From a virus: a stretch of 64,000 nt of DNA. The stretch is taken from positions 356 through 64,355 of IMG/VR virus record IMGVR_UViG_3300040801_001530, one strand, 5' to 3'. Positions 19,721-29,819 of this stretch are shown piece by piece (position 1 is the stretch's first letter; each line of letters begins with the position of its first letter). Under the pieces are notes generated by a model, which saw only the letters and a program-made list of their open reading frames with translations, was not told the origin of the DNA and made no database searches. The translations under genes were made by a program, and so were the position numbers.

Positions 19721-21559
19721 TTAGATATGCAGATATTTAGCGCGTTGGCGTGCAATAAACGCTTGTTGGCGGATCTGGATACCGTCGGCGCTCATTAACC
19801 GTTTAGGCCACCATTGCATTAAATGCTTTAGCTCTACGTTAACGGTATCCTCAAACCCGAAGCCCCCATCGCCATACGCCCAATAGACAAACTCATGTGA
19901 GTCTATCTCCGGTACCATCGGGTAATCATAACCCCAATCGGCACCTTCAGCCTCGTAAAAGTCACTGCTATCATAGCGCGGCCCGGCCAACGGGGTGGGG
20001 GGGTGGTCTACATAGTATAGCATAGATTTACCCCGCGTGATAGCTACAAAAATCAGGTTTAGCTCCTCTTGCCGTTGCCACGGCAACATATCAGGATAGT
20101 CTAGCGGCATAGACTCGGTGTCAATGAGTACCACATTAGCAGCCTCTAACCCTTTGGCGCGATGGATAGAGCTAAGCGTAATTCGCGCCTTCGATTTATC
20201 GTTAAAAAGCGCTTTGATTTGTGCCTCTAGCGCTCTGGCATCGGGCGCTTCAAATGCATTGTGGCACGTAATGAGCGCGTTAATCTGGTCGCGATAGGCA
20301 TCTATGATGCTTTGGGATGTATCCGACTCCGCCATGCGCTTTGTCTGCTCAATCTCATAAGCACGGGCGTATGTCTCAAACTTAGCATAATCGAATGTGG
20401 GACTAGTGGCACCAAATGGCGTGCTAGGATAGCGGTGCTTTTGGATAGCGCGGAGGTGCTTTACTAATCCGCTAGCAATATCTTTGCCAAGCACGCGGCA
20501 TGGTATCCGCTTGGCTAGCAACTGATGAGCCAGCGCTAGCATCGGGGCGTTGCGCCGTGACACAATTAGCGTGTTATCTGACCACGTGCCGATATTATCG
20601 AGTAGCCAGGCTTCGGTAATGGTGCGAATACCACCGGCTGCGGCATTAGGCGCGGCTTGCAAGTCAGCTACTAGACGTTTAGCCTCCTCGACATGTGCCA
20701 CGGGGCAACGGTAAGTAATGGGTTGGCTAAACACCTGTGCATCTAATAGTTTAATCAGCTTGTCAAACGCGCCGCTATCGGCACCGGCAAACCCATAAAT
20801 ACTTTGGTTAGGGTCTCCAACAGCGATAACGCGGCCCGTTGGCTTACATGAGCGGCGGAGCACCTCTAGCTTAAGGGTGTCTAAATCCTGCGCCTCGTCT
20901 ACTAGCACAAAATCGTACTGCGGGAATGTAAGGTTATCCGCTACAGGTATATAGAGTTGCTCAATAAAAAGCAGGGGATGCTGCCAATAGCTATCAAGCG
21001 CTAACTTATGCGACTCTTCCACCACAATCGGGGCCATGCGTAGCATATCGGCATGGGTGGGCAAGCCGTAATAGCGCGCCGTAGCGGCTACGGCTTCGGG
21101 CTTATCAAGCGGTGTTAGTGTATATCGCAACATGTCGGCTAATGTCGCCATATGCTTAGCCATCTCGGCCCGCGCCCAATCCTTTTTATAGTGGTGCTGG
21201 TCAAGCAACCGTGTAATAATATCTGATTGCTTAAATCGTTGCACTTGGCTAGCTAGGTTGAATTTTGCTTCGGGATAGCCAGCCCGTAAAACGCTATAGG
21301 CGTGGCTATGGATGGTAGACAGCTTTAGGCGTTTACCCTTAATATGCTCTTTTAGCATATCATCACCCTTAAGCTCGGCTACAATCGAGTTATTAAACGC
21401 AAACATGGCGATAGATGCCTCAGTAGCGCTTGCGATCTGTTCCACCATGCGCTTAAGCAAAAATGACTTACCGGAGCCGGGGCCAGCCATAATGGCCCCG
21501 TGCCCCGTACCGCTGGCCACAAAATCTAGTATGGCCTGCTGATACCGATTTAGCGACAT
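19721..21559 (-). CDS. UvrD/Rep-like superfamily 1 helicase
   Basis: GPGSGKS, VLVDEAQD, AVGDPNQSIYGFAGA, ITYRCP, SSIHRAKGLEA, VAITRGK motifs. Confidence 0.9.
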   Translation of the reverse strand: MSLNRYQQAILDFVASGTGHGAIMAGPGSGKSFLLKRMVEQIASATEASIAMFAFNNSIVAELKGDDMLKEHIKGKRLKLSTIHSHAYSVLRAGYPEAKFNLASQVQRFKQSDIITRLLDQHHYKKDWARAEMAKHMATLADMLRYTLTPLDKPEAVAATARYYGLPTHADMLRMAPIVVEESHKLALDSYWQHPLLFIEQLYIPVADNLTFPQYDFVLVDEAQDLDTLKLEVLRRSCKPTGRVIAVGDPNQSIYGFAGADSGAFDKLIKLLDAQVFSQPITYRCPVAHVEEAKRLVADLQAAPNAAAGGIRTITEAWLLDNIGTWSDNTLIVSRRNAPMLALAHQLLAKRIPCRVLGKDIASGLVKHLRAIQKHRYPSTPFGATSPTFDYAKFETYARAYEIEQTKRMAESDTSQSIIDAYRDQINALITCHNAFEAPDARALEAQIKALFNDKSKARITLSSIHRAKGLEAANVVLIDTESMPLDYPDMLPWQRQEELNLIFVAITRGKSMLYYVDHPPTPLAGPRYDSSDFYEAEGADWGYDYPMVPEIDSHEFVYWAYGDGGFGFEDTVNVELKHLMQWWPKRLMSADGIQIRQQAFIARQRAKYLHI

Positions 21560-21828
21560 TAGTTATCCCCCTCTACGATAATCTCGATAAGTTGGATAGC
21601 CGCTTCCATCTCGTTAACTGCGTGTTCTAATGCATCAATAATGCCTGCATCTAAGTTGTGTGCGATAGCCGCCTTTAGACACGACTTAACTACTGATTTA
21701 GCCGCAATGGTTGCGCCGTGCGTTTGGTCGTATGCTTTAAATGCCACACGGGCGGCCTCTACCGTGGCTTCGATAGCTTGGCTTGTATGCGTATCGGTAA
21801 TCAATTGTTGGATCTGCTTAGCGTCCAA
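21559..21828 (-). CDS. Hypothetical protein
   Basis: First gene after the leftward promoter; coupled to the helicase. Confidence 0.5.
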   Translation of the reverse strand: MDAKQIQQLITDTHTSQAIEATVEAARVAFKAYDQTHGATIAAKSVVKSCLKAAIAHNLDAGIIDALEHAVNEMEAAIQLIEIIVEGDN

Positions 21829-21867
21829 AGTAGACTCCTTTGTTCCATAAATTAACGTGTAGCCTCT

Positions 21868-21896
21868 AGGCTACGCTAATACCCTGTTATTGTCAA
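21868..21896 (-). promoter_or_regulatory. Sigma70-like promoter for the helicase/recombinase operon
   Basis: TTGACA-17 nt-TAGCCT on the minus strand. Confidence 0.55.
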
Positions 21897-21907
21897 TAGA
21901 ACAAAAG

Positions 21908-22021
21908 TTAGAACACCAGATTAGAGTTTTATTTTATCGCCCCGCTGGCTTGCCTGTGGGGCTTTTTTGCGGTATACTTAAAGCATAGTCAATCAAGGAA
22001 CAATCCAACAAGGAGCGCAAG
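21908..22021 (+). repeat. Promoter/leader cassette A (inverted copy at ~37267-37382)
   Basis: Hairpin + TATACT + CATAGTCAA + identical AAGGAACAATCCAACAAGGAGCGCAAGA leader. Confidence 0.8.
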
Positions 22022-22183
22022 ATGTTTAAGTTTGAGATGAACGGTAACGAATACCAGACCGACGAACAAACCATCAAGGTCTTACGGCAGGCTGTGGCAA
22101 TTTACAAGGAGACAGGTAGCGCGAGTATGGTGGCCGCCGTAATGGCATTAGGGCTAAAAGCCGGGCGTATTGTCAAATTGTAG
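22022..22183 (+). CDS. Small hypothetical cassette-borne protein (53 aa, below the ORF-track cutoff)
   Basis: MFKFEMNGNEYQTDEQ... after RBS AAGGAG. Confidence 0.6.
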   Translation: MFKFEMNGNEYQTDEQTIKVLRQAVAIYKETGSASMVAAVMALGLKAGRIVKL

Positions 22184-22200
22184 TCCCGCCCACAGCCCGA

Positions 22201-22313
22201 CACCCCCTAAAAACTAGGGGGTGTATTTTACCCCAAAACGCGGTATACTAGTATCATAGTCAAGGGAGGCAACAAGCCCCCCGATAACCAACAAGGAGAG
22301 CTAAAATGAGTAA
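22201..22313 (+). repeat. Promoter/leader cassette B (113 bp; inverted copy at 36811-36923)
   Basis: Hand alignment gives 4 mismatches in 113 bp. Confidence 0.9.
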
Positions 22314-22575
22314 CCAAATGATTAACGAGATTAAAAAAGCGGCGCAACAAAACGCGGTGTCAAAAATCCAAAGCCTGACAGGCTACACTATTTACCACAT
22401 GGCCGACAACAGCGCGATCGCTATCAAAAATATGACTGTGAAGGTTCACCCGGCCAACGCGCAAGGCACCTGGGTTGAGTTGAGCGGCCTAACGCACAGC
22501 ATGGTCAAGCACTATCAAGCGAACACCCGTCAATGGTGCACGGCATTGGGCAATGGTCACACTGTCATCAGCTAG
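22306..22575 (+). CDS. Hypothetical cassette-borne protein
   Basis: RBS AAGGAG, cassette promoter, downstream terminator. Confidence 0.65.
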   Translation: MSNQMINEIKKAAQQNAVSKIQSLTGYTIYHMADNSAIAIKNMTVKVHPANAQGTWVELSGLTHSMVKHYQANTRQWCTALGNGHTVIS

Positions 22576-22598
22576 CTCCACACAACCTAAGTAACCCC

Positions 22599-22630
22599 AA
22601 AAACCCCGCCCACAAAGCGGGGTTTTTGTT
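22599..22630 (+). terminator. Intrinsic terminator
   Basis: CCCCGC-CCACAAA-GCGGGG-TTTTT. Confidence 0.75.
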
Positions 22631-22804
22631 TGCCTAATGCTAGCGCGTTGGGGGAGGGCGGGGAATAAAAAAGCCCCAGGCTAGTCAGACCTAGGGCGGG
22701 GCACAGCAGCGGCAACCTTTAGGCGTTGCAACCATTCTACACACCACTCATGCAACAGGAGATGAGTACATCATACCATGCTTGTTATTCGCTGTCAACA
22801 CCTG

Positions 22805-23119
22805 CTAATTGTTGGAATAACGACCACATAACAACTGTGTTGGCGTTTTGGGCGCGGCAAGGGCTTGCCGCTCAGCATGGCTATAGAGCGCGTCTAGCGC
22901 GTTGGTTGCAATATCCGCCGTTGCCATCGCGCCGAGATACCAACCAACACCAAAAGCCTTAGCGGGGTCATCCTCTACCATTTTTAGGGCCTGTACACGC
23001 ATAAGCGGATTAGGATCCTTATCCTCCCGTCCTGACATCCCTACAGCAACAAGCGCAAGCAAGAGGCGCTCCTCGGTTGTCAATCCTGGCATATCTGTAG
23101 CGTTTAGTCTGTTATTCAT
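22805..23119 (-). CDS. Hypothetical protein
   Basis: Overlaps the methylase stop codon. Confidence 0.45.
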   Translation of the reverse strand: MNNRLNATDMPGLTTEERLLLALVAVGMSGREDKDPNPLMRVQALKMVEDDPAKAFGVGWYLGAMATADIATNALDALYSHAERQALAAPKTPTQLLCGRYSNN

Positions 23120-24033
23120 TCTATATCCTTTAGCCTCTTAAATAGAGGCAATTCTTCTTGATAATCACTTATCCATAAAACCTCGGTGCGTTGCTGATTA
23201 GCTAAAACATTGCCCGCACCTTGTAGGTTACTAGCACGTGTTCGCCCTGATACATTGGTAGTAACGCTAAACTCTATGCGTTGCCACCCTGCGGCCTCTA
23301 GAGGCTCATAAATCGCGTTTGGATAGCCCGACACTACGCTATGCCCTTTAAGCGCTAGAATCGCCTCTACTAGTGCCGTGTGTGCCTCTATGGTCATGTT
23401 GTGGTGGTAGAACTTCTGTGTACTATCCCATGTAGTGGGTACATACGGCGGGTCGATATAAAATAATGTGTCGGGCGTATCATAGCGTGCTAGGATTTTT
23501 TGCCATGTATCGTGCTCAATTTGCACACGCTGTAAGCGCTGGTGGATAGCTGGCAATCGCTCAACCGCTTTTAACCATTTTGAGTTTGCGCTTGACATCC
23601 CCGCATGAGACTCAGCCACGCTAAACGGATAGCCTCCGCCCCATTTGCCCCCGAAGGACTGATACGCGACATAATACCATCTTATCACACGTTCTATAAT
23701 ATCGCAATCCTCTAGGACGTTGCCTTCGGCATATGCCACTTTTGCCTCGGTGCGATATTCGTTATAGAGTTGGCGTGATACCGGCAACAGGCTAACGCGG
23801 CGCTCAAACTCACTATAGAGCACCGGATCAGATAGCACTTTAAATAGCTCATATAAGCGGCTATCTAGGTCGTTATACGTCTCAATCGGAGCTGGGGGCT
23901 TAGCCAACATGATGCTAGCCCCGCCGCCAAACGGCTCGACATAATGCCGATGGGGGATGTCTACTAAGTAAGGCATGATTTTTGTAACCATCAACCCTTT
24001 ACCGCCTACCCACGTAATCGGGCTTCTAGGCAT
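23116..24033 (-). CDS. DNA adenine methyltransferase (Dam/D12 class)
   Basis: WVGGKG, YVEPFGGGAS, NDLD and FYIDPPY motifs; ATG at 24033. Confidence 0.9.
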   Translation of the reverse strand: MPRSPITWVGGKGLMVTKIMPYLVDIPHRHYVEPFGGGASIMLAKPPAPIETYNDLDSRLYELFKVLSDPVLYSEFERRVSLLPVSRQLYNEYRTEAKVAYAEGNVLEDCDIIERVIRWYYVAYQSFGGKWGGGYPFSVAESHAGMSSANSKWLKAVERLPAIHQRLQRVQIEHDTWQKILARYDTPDTLFYIDPPYVPTTWDSTQKFYHHNMTIEAHTALVEAILALKGHSVVSGYPNAIYEPLEAAGWQRIEFSVTTNVSGRTRASNLQGAGNVLANQQRTEVLWISDYQEELPLFKRLKDIE

Positions 24034-25418
24034 CACACGCCCTCCGGTGCTATATCGTAATACCATTGCTCCACGCTAGAGTAATACACAGGCACCTTAC
24101 GCGGGTACCCGTTGCGGTTATGGGTAATCGCCAGGATACGTACGCCCGACTCGGCGGGGTCAAACTCTACGGTTTTATTCCGCCCGTCTTCGTCTTTGAT
24201 AACCATATCTCTAGTATACCCTCCGGCCTCATTTTGCATCTTGACAACCACTTCCGACCATTGTTCTATTTTTTGTGACTCATACACTGAGCCATCTACG
24301 TTCAGTTGTGCGGCTGTTAATATTGCTACTTGCATATCTCTAGCAATATCCTTAATGCCTAGCATAACATCCCCCACTACAGCATAGCGATTTTGGCCCC
24401 GTATCCGCTGATCGGGATGCATAATTTGAGTGTAGTCGATAACTACCAAGTCAACCGTGCCATGCTCGTTAGTGACGCGCTTTAGGCTAGCGCGTATGTC
24501 ACTAGGGGTAGCACTGTCTCTATCATAGATAATATGCATCTTTTTAGCAACCTCGGCGTAGCTTTTGGCTAGTGTGATGTCCGCCGAAGACGCCGGGTCT
24601 AGCTTATCAAGTACAGGCTGTTGCAAGGTTGTCTCCATTTGCAAAATACGCCTAAACATTTGCTGGCTTGTCATCTCCCGTGTAACTACTAACACCCGCT
24701 TACCCATTCGTGCAGCGTTAATAGCCCATTGCATCATTACGCGGGTCTTACCCCACTTTGTAACTGCCCCAATTACAAACAATTGCGCCGGTTGGATACC
24801 ACCGCCAACCGCTCTATCAAAATCTTTTAGTCCCATCCCGATAAATTCGGGGCTACCATTCTCTAGCCACTCAACCAGCGCCTGCGCCTCCTCGGCGTGG
24901 GTAGTATAGGTGGCTCTAATATCCGTAGATGCGATGTCATTAACCGCTAAGCTAGCCTCCTTAAATACCTCGTTAATATCGCGCTCTTTATCATTTGCTA
25001 ATTTTGCGATAGCGCTAGCCGCCTCTAATAGCTTGCGCCGTAACGCCATACGGTGCACGATATGACCATAAACCTCTGCGTGTAGCGCGGTGGGGTTAGT
25101 ATTAATAAGTAGTACTAGATAGTTAGAACCACCTATCTCATCTAGTGCGGTAAGCGCGGCATTGGAGCCTGGCATGGTCTTTAGCTCCTCAGCTACGGAT
25201 ATATTATCAATATCCTCGCCACGGCTATGCAGGCGTTGCATAGCATTAAAAATAATGCCATGCTTTACTAAAAAAAACGAGTCAGGGCTTAAAAATTCTA
25301 AGCGCTCAATTGGCGGCTTGCTATCTAGCGTGCCGATTAGCACCGCGCCTAATACAGCCCGCTCGGCCTCTATGCTATGCGGCCCTGTAAAAACAACGGC
25401 TTGGTTGTTATCATCCAT
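24033..25418 (-). CDS. DnaB-like replicative helicase
   Basis: PHSIEAERAVLGAVL N-domain, Walker A GAVTKWGKT, LVVIDYTQ, AAQLN, HNRNG. Confidence 0.85.
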   Translation of the reverse strand: MDDNNQAVVFTGPHSIEAERAVLGAVLIGTLDSKPPIERLEFLSPDSFFLVKHGIIFNAMQRLHSRGEDIDNISVAEELKTMPGSNAALTALDEIGGSNYLVLLINTNPTALHAEVYGHIVHRMALRRKLLEAASAIAKLANDKERDINEVFKEASLAVNDIASTDIRATYTTHAEEAQALVEWLENGSPEFIGMGLKDFDRAVGGGIQPAQLFVIGAVTKWGKTRVMMQWAINAARMGKRVLVVTREMTSQQMFRRILQMETTLQQPVLDKLDPASSADITLAKSYAEVAKKMHIIYDRDSATPSDIRASLKRVTNEHGTVDLVVIDYTQIMHPDQRIRGQNRYAVVGDVMLGIKDIARDMQVAILTAAQLNVDGSVYESQKIEQWSEVVVKMQNEAGGYTRDMVIKDEDGRNKTVEFDPAESGVRILAITHNRNGYPRKVPVYYSSVEQWYYDIAPEGV

Positions 25419-26478
25419 TATTATTGCCTCCAACGGGAACCTTTACCCATTTACCATCTACGAATTTGTCCACCAGCACGGCGGGTGCGGGGGCTTCTAG
25501 TGCCTCTAGTGGCTTGCTCTCTCCTGACATCGCGCCGCCGTTTAGGCTCATAAAACCTTGCTCAATCTCATCTAGCCTCGCTTCGGTTTGCTCATTATAC
25601 CACATGATAAAATTGCCCCACTGATTGAGCACCTCGGATGGCTTAGGCGGGCGATAAGCGCCGGTCTTATCACGCCATACATAGGCTACACTATCCCGGC
25701 TAGCGGCCTTAGCCCACCAATAATAGAAGGCCCACAACTGGCGGGTAGGGCGTTTGGCGTCCCAAGACTCTAACGCGGTTAGTTTGTTAAGTTCTTTTTT
25801 GACATACCCACGGCTTACAGTTAGCATATCATCTGTGGATAGACGCGGGTAACAGATACGCCCTAATAACTCATACGCCGGGCTAATCGTGGCCTTTTTG
25901 CGTTTACGTTTAGGCTTTGGCATATAGGGTGTTAGGTCAACCATTGTCCTGCAATCGTCTGGATAAAGATATAGGGTAGGGGGTGCGGCAGGCGTAGCCG
26001 CCGCTTCTTTTAGTTTAGTATTATTATCTTTGTATTCTTCGGGTATCACAGATGATACCCCCCCCCTATCATCCCTGATAGGGGTATCACAGATGATACC
26101 CCCCCCATTATCAAGATCGTAAAGGCGTTTGCACTCGTACATTAAACCGCTAAAATCATAGTGGCTTGTTTTGCCCTGCGTACCGCGCCGTGTGACCACC
26201 ACCATTTTTTGCCCTCGGCTGTTTTGTTTAGCCTCTAGGCTTTGTACATATCGCCTAACCGTCTGTTTTGTGACACCCATCATGGCAGCGATACTATTAA
26301 GCGATGGTTCCGGGCCACGGCTGTTAGGGGTATCGTAGTGGAAGCTAATAATATGTTCCATAACAGTATACTCTTGATAGGTTATGCCAGCACGGCTATA
26401 GTACCAACGTATAATATTAGGCATCATAGTAAAACCGGCGTCTAATACACCGTTGCCCCAGGTATGTGATACTCTCAT
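25411..26478 (-). CDS. Replication initiator with N-terminal winged HTH (lambda O/DnaD-like)
   Basis: FTMMPN...PSLNSIAAMMGVTKQTVRRYVQSL HTH; directly upstream of DnaB; internal iterons. Confidence 0.7.
   Translation of the reverse strand: MRVSHTWGNGVLDAGFTMMPNIIRWYYSRAGITYQEYTVMEHIISFHYDTPNSRGPEPSLNSIAAMMGVTKQTVRRYVQSLEAKQNSRGQKMVVVTRRGTQGKTSHYDFSGLMYECKRLYDLDNGGGIICDTPIRDDRGGVSSVIPEEYKDNNTKLKEAAATPAAPPTLYLYPDDCRTMVDLTPYMPKPKRKRKKATISPAYELLGRICYPRLSTDDMLTVSRGYVKKELNKLTALESWDAKRPTRQLWAFYYWWAKAASRDSVAYVWRDKTGAYRPPKPSEVLNQWGNFIMWYNEQTEARLDEIEQGFMSLNGGAMSGESKPLEALEAPAPAVLVDKFVDGKWVKVPVGGNNNG
26005..26106. promoter_or_regulatory. Putative replication origin (iterons + AT-rich tract)
   Basis: Three TATCA-N4-TGATA palindromes (26044, 26067, 26085) next to an AT-rich stretch at 26005-26040 inside the initiator gene. 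Confidence 0.6.
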
Positions 26479-26492
26479 CTTATGCCCCTTGT

Positions 26493-27038
26493 TTAAATAC
26501 CACGGCGCAAGCGCTGGGCTTGTTTGTCTTCATAGTGTGCAATAATTGCACTGTTGGGGATCTCTTTAAACGGTATGTATTTAAAAGACGCCCGCGCTCG
26601 ACCGTCTTTGTTACGGTTCGCATACCATCGCGCCCGCCCCTGTGCGGTTGCTAACACTAGCGCGGGCCAATCCACAATGACAAAGTGGTCAAAATGTTCT
26701 CTATTACTATCCTCATAGGCACAAAAATAGATTTGTGGTGCTAGGCTAAACCAGTCGCCAGGCTCCCCTGTATGTTGGTTTTGCTGGTACTCTACCGTTA
26801 ACGTTTTATATTTTGCATACCGATTACTTAGGAACTTCTCCTGCGCATATAATACCATGCCCCCCGGCATAGTCAGGCGTACATCTACGCCAAACTCTCT
26901 ATCAAGCACAGCTAGGGGGCTATCGTCGTCAAATCTGGTAATGGCCTGCGCGTCAAGAATCAGTCTATAGATGTCATCCGCCGCATAGCGGAGCCTTAGT
27001 TCCTGTTGTCGTCGGGGGTCATTGCTAAAGGTGCTCAA
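26493..27038 (-). CDS. Hypothetical protein, possible PD-(D/E)xK nuclease fold
   Basis: GVDVRL...AQEKF spacing resembles D...ExK. Confidence 0.35.
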   Translation of the reverse strand: MSTFSNDPRRQQELRLRYAADDIYRLILDAQAITRFDDDSPLAVLDREFGVDVRLTMPGGMVLYAQEKFLSNRYAKYKTLTVEYQQNQHTGEPGDWFSLAPQIYFCAYEDSNREHFDHFVIVDWPALVLATAQGRARWYANRNKDGRARASFKYIPFKEIPNSAIIAHYEDKQAQRLRRGI

Positions 27039-27546
27039 TGATATTACTCTCCTCTACCCATACTACCTTAGTAGTAGCATGTTTAGTGGCTTCGTCGTAT
27101 ACGTAGCCCATATACAATACCCGTCGCCGTGCCAAATCGATTATATAGTAGCGGCTCGTCTGTACGGTGGTGATCTTGTGTTGGTTAACAGCCGCCGGTG
27201 GCCAGTAGGCATAGGCATCTTTAAGCACACCCCGCGCCCTTACAATAGTCTTAGGCGCTAGCAGCTTAGGTGGTTGCTCAAACAATACGACGGTATGCGG
27301 GTCTTCTGTTGTATCCGCCTCCCAATATGTATCGGTATAGTCTATAAGCGGATTAATACCGGCCTCCGCTAGTTTTTGGCGGATATATTCGGCACCGTGT
27401 TCCATCGATATAGCCTCGCCCGTGTAGCTGTTTTGTCCCGGCACAACATCGATGCCATTAAATGTGCTATATGATAGCATCGGACGTTCTTTATGATAAG
27501 TCTGTGGGGGCACCGCCGCCCCTGTGGTTGGTTCGTATAGTTGCAT
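27025..27546 (-). CDS. Hypothetical protein
   Basis: RBS AGGAG; first gene of the leftward replication operon. Confidence 0.5.
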   Translation of the reverse strand: MQLYEPTTGAAVPPQTYHKERPMLSYSTFNGIDVVPGQNSYTGEAISMEHGAEYIRQKLAEAGINPLIDYTDTYWEADTTEDPHTVVLFEQPPKLLAPKTIVRARGVLKDAYAYWPPAAVNQHKITTVQTSRYYIIDLARRRVLYMGYVYDEATKHATTKVVWVEESNIIEHL

Positions 27547-27621
27547 GTTTATCTCCTAGCTAGTTTGTAGGCGCAATAGAATATCCCTAGCCTACCACAG
27601 CCCTGCGGCCCCTGTCAAGCC

Positions 27622-27650
27622 TTGACAGCAAGCTGCCTAGTGGTTATCAT
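27622..27650 (+). promoter_or_regulatory. Sigma70 promoter (back-to-back with a leftward TTGACA at 27613-27618)
   Basis: TTGACA-17 nt-TATCAT. Confidence 0.7.
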
Positions 27651-27679
27651 AGAGCTAAACAATAACGAAGGTAATAACG

Positions 27680-28099
27680 ATGCATAAAACTTTTTTAGAA
27701 CGCGATACGCTTAATGAATTGGCACAAGCACAACCGGGCAAACCGCGCTTCGATGCATTGCACAACTGGTTAGAGGCTAATCGGGGGAGAGCACGGCGCA
27801 ATAACATATACACCATAACATGCCTTTTGTGTTTTGACGTGAAGCATTGCCCTACAGATGCCACCATGACGCACATTATAGCCAATGCCTATAGCGCCGA
27901 TCCGTATAACATGAACGGTGAATTATTTGCCAGAGAGGCACCCAGCCCTTACAGTACACTTAGCCGATACGATACCGACGTACCGGACAATCCACTCAAT
28001 GCAGAGTATGTTTATAAACTTACACGTGATGAGTTAGCATGGTTTTACTGGCAGTTTAAGCCGTATTTTTACAGAGGTATTACATGGATTATTACATAG
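27680..28099 (+). CDS. Hypothetical protein
   Basis: Downstream of the promoter; RBS AAGG. Confidence 0.45.
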   Translation: MHKTFLERDTLNELAQAQPGKPRFDALHNWLEANRGRARRNNIYTITCLLCFDVKHCPTDATMTHIIANAYSADPYNMNGELFAREAPSPYSTLSRYDTDVPDNPLNAEYVYKLTRDELAWFYWQFKPYFYRGITWIIT

Positions 28100-28140
28100 T
28101 TGCATAGTGATGTATAATATTAATAGGGGAGTATTGTATA

Positions 28141-28812
28141 ATGCCTTTATCGTATAACGCTAACACCGGCTCTTATAGCCAGCGTTGGCATTCAGACCAT
28201 GATAGGAATGTAATAGAGCGTGATGTTGTTAGGAGCGCTATACATTTAGTTGATAGCGTAGCTTGTGACCCGGAGCTTAGCTTTGCTAATACCGACGGTA
28301 TGACTTATACAGTAGACAGGCCGGTCGAGCGTGAAGCCTTGCGCGGTTTGCGGCGTGGTAATAAGTCGCCTGAAGACTTGCACGGCAACGTATACAGGCC
28401 ATTTACCGTACTGTTTGCGGAGAGGGCGTTAGAGTGTGCGCTAGTACTAGCCGATAATAGCGGTAACGATAGCTATAGCCTTACTTATGTACCACCGCTT
28501 GATGAGTACGGCGTGGGCTACCAGCTAACTAGCCGTGTACCTTACCGCGATCCTGCTTATATCGCTGCCGCTATGCTGTATGATGGCTATGATTTTGCGC
28601 CTAGTGTGGTTGCCGAGGCACAGCGCGTCGTCAACCTAGCCAAGGGCAAAAAACGGTTTAAAACACACCATACAAGCCTATTAGTTAGCATACTCTCTAA
28701 CAACTCCGGTAGTATTATTGATATAGCGCGGTCTAATGGCATTGAGATAGATCGTATTAATGAGTGGCTAGCGACGTTTAGTACTATTCGTGGCATACTA
28801 TCCGGTAAATAG
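28141..28812 (+). CDS. Hypothetical protein
   Basis: RBS GGGGAG; 223 aa. Confidence 0.5.
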   Translation: MPLSYNANTGSYSQRWHSDHDRNVIERDVVRSAIHLVDSVACDPELSFANTDGMTYTVDRPVEREALRGLRRGNKSPEDLHGNVYRPFTVLFAERALECALVLADNSGNDSYSLTYVPPLDEYGVGYQLTSRVPYRDPAYIAAAMLYDGYDFAPSVVAEAQRVVNLAKGKKRFKTHHTSLLVSILSNNSGSIIDIARSNGIEIDRINEWLATFSTIRGILSGK

Positions 28813-28824
28813 AGAGGCAGTTTA

Positions 28825-29817
28825 ATGACTGTTGCTAAGTACGACACTAAGGATATTGTAGAGTGGGTTACTATCCCCGCCAATGCCGCATTAGGTTATG
28901 ATAGTTTTGAGTTAGCGATTAATAAGGCGGCGCGTGACTGCGCTACGGCGTCGTTACGTGCGGGGCAACCCATCCCCGATGCCCCTATTAAGGTGGCTCT
29001 TGAATTGCTTAAGCCGGGTGATGTTGCCCTAGACGTGGGCGCTTTTGTGGGCGCTTTTGCGCTGCGCGCCGCCGCTAAGGGGTGCGGGGTAATCGCGTTT
29101 GAACCGGATCCACTTAATGCTATGTTGTTACGTACTAGTATCGAGCGTAACGGCTGGGAAGAGTATGTTAGCGTGATAGAGGCCGCAGCCGATTATGTCG
29201 AAGGCCGGTCTATAATGTATGATACAGGCCCGTTTGGATATATTGGCCCAACAACCGACACTAGCGGCGTGCGTACTGTTGCGATAGATGATATATTAAC
29301 GCGGTTTACAACATACCGTACAAACAACCGTGCAACGCCAAAAGTTATCAAGATTGATGTTGAAGGCGGCGAGTTAAATGTATTACGTGGTATGAGTAAC
29401 CTGCTAAATAGCCCATTAGCGCCGGTTGTCATATGGGAAGGTAATACCTTGACCTTGCGCCGTGCTGAGATAAATCCTATGGTTGTTAAGAGACATTTGT
29501 CAGAATTTGGTTATACTAGTGATATGCTATACGGTGACAAGCGGGTGTTTGTAGAGGTGACGGAGCCGCAAATTGTGGTTAATGTGGATTATGTCAGTCT
29601 CCGCTATTGGCATGTGCTCTTATATTCTGATGTGTTGCCAGAACGCAAGCACGGTTACACGCGGGAGCAAATGATTGAGCGTGTAGCTAAAGATATACAG
29701 GCCGCCGGGGAGGGTGCATTACGGATGCTATACATCGCACGCAATGATATGCCCCCCTGGCTATTGTTTGCACCTGAAGTGGTTGATGCGTTTGATAAAC
29801 GTAAGGGGGATATATAA
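28825..29817 (+). CDS. FkbM-family SAM-dependent methyltransferase
   Basis: ALDVGAFVG, VIAFEPDP, VIKIDVEGGELNVLRG. Confidence 0.85.
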   Translation: MTVAKYDTKDIVEWVTIPANAALGYDSFELAINKAARDCATASLRAGQPIPDAPIKVALELLKPGDVALDVGAFVGAFALRAAAKGCGVIAFEPDPLNAMLLRTSIERNGWEEYVSVIEAAADYVEGRSIMYDTGPFGYIGPTTDTSGVRTVAIDDILTRFTTYRTNNRATPKVIKIDVEGGELNVLRGMSNLLNSPLAPVVIWEGNTLTLRRAEINPMVVKRHLSEFGYTSDMLYGDKRVFVEVTEPQIVVNVDYVSLRYWHVLLYSDVLPERKHGYTREQMIERVAKDIQAAGEGALRMLYIARNDMPPWLLFAPEVVDAFDKRKGDI

Positions 29818-29819
29818 TA

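Noticed and set aside
27698-27717. 16/20 match to the 20-nt spacer (possible self-target or regulation)
   Set aside because: Four mismatches, including the TAM-proximal base; a rough estimate gives ~0.05 such hits by chance in 128 kb of both strands, too weak alone
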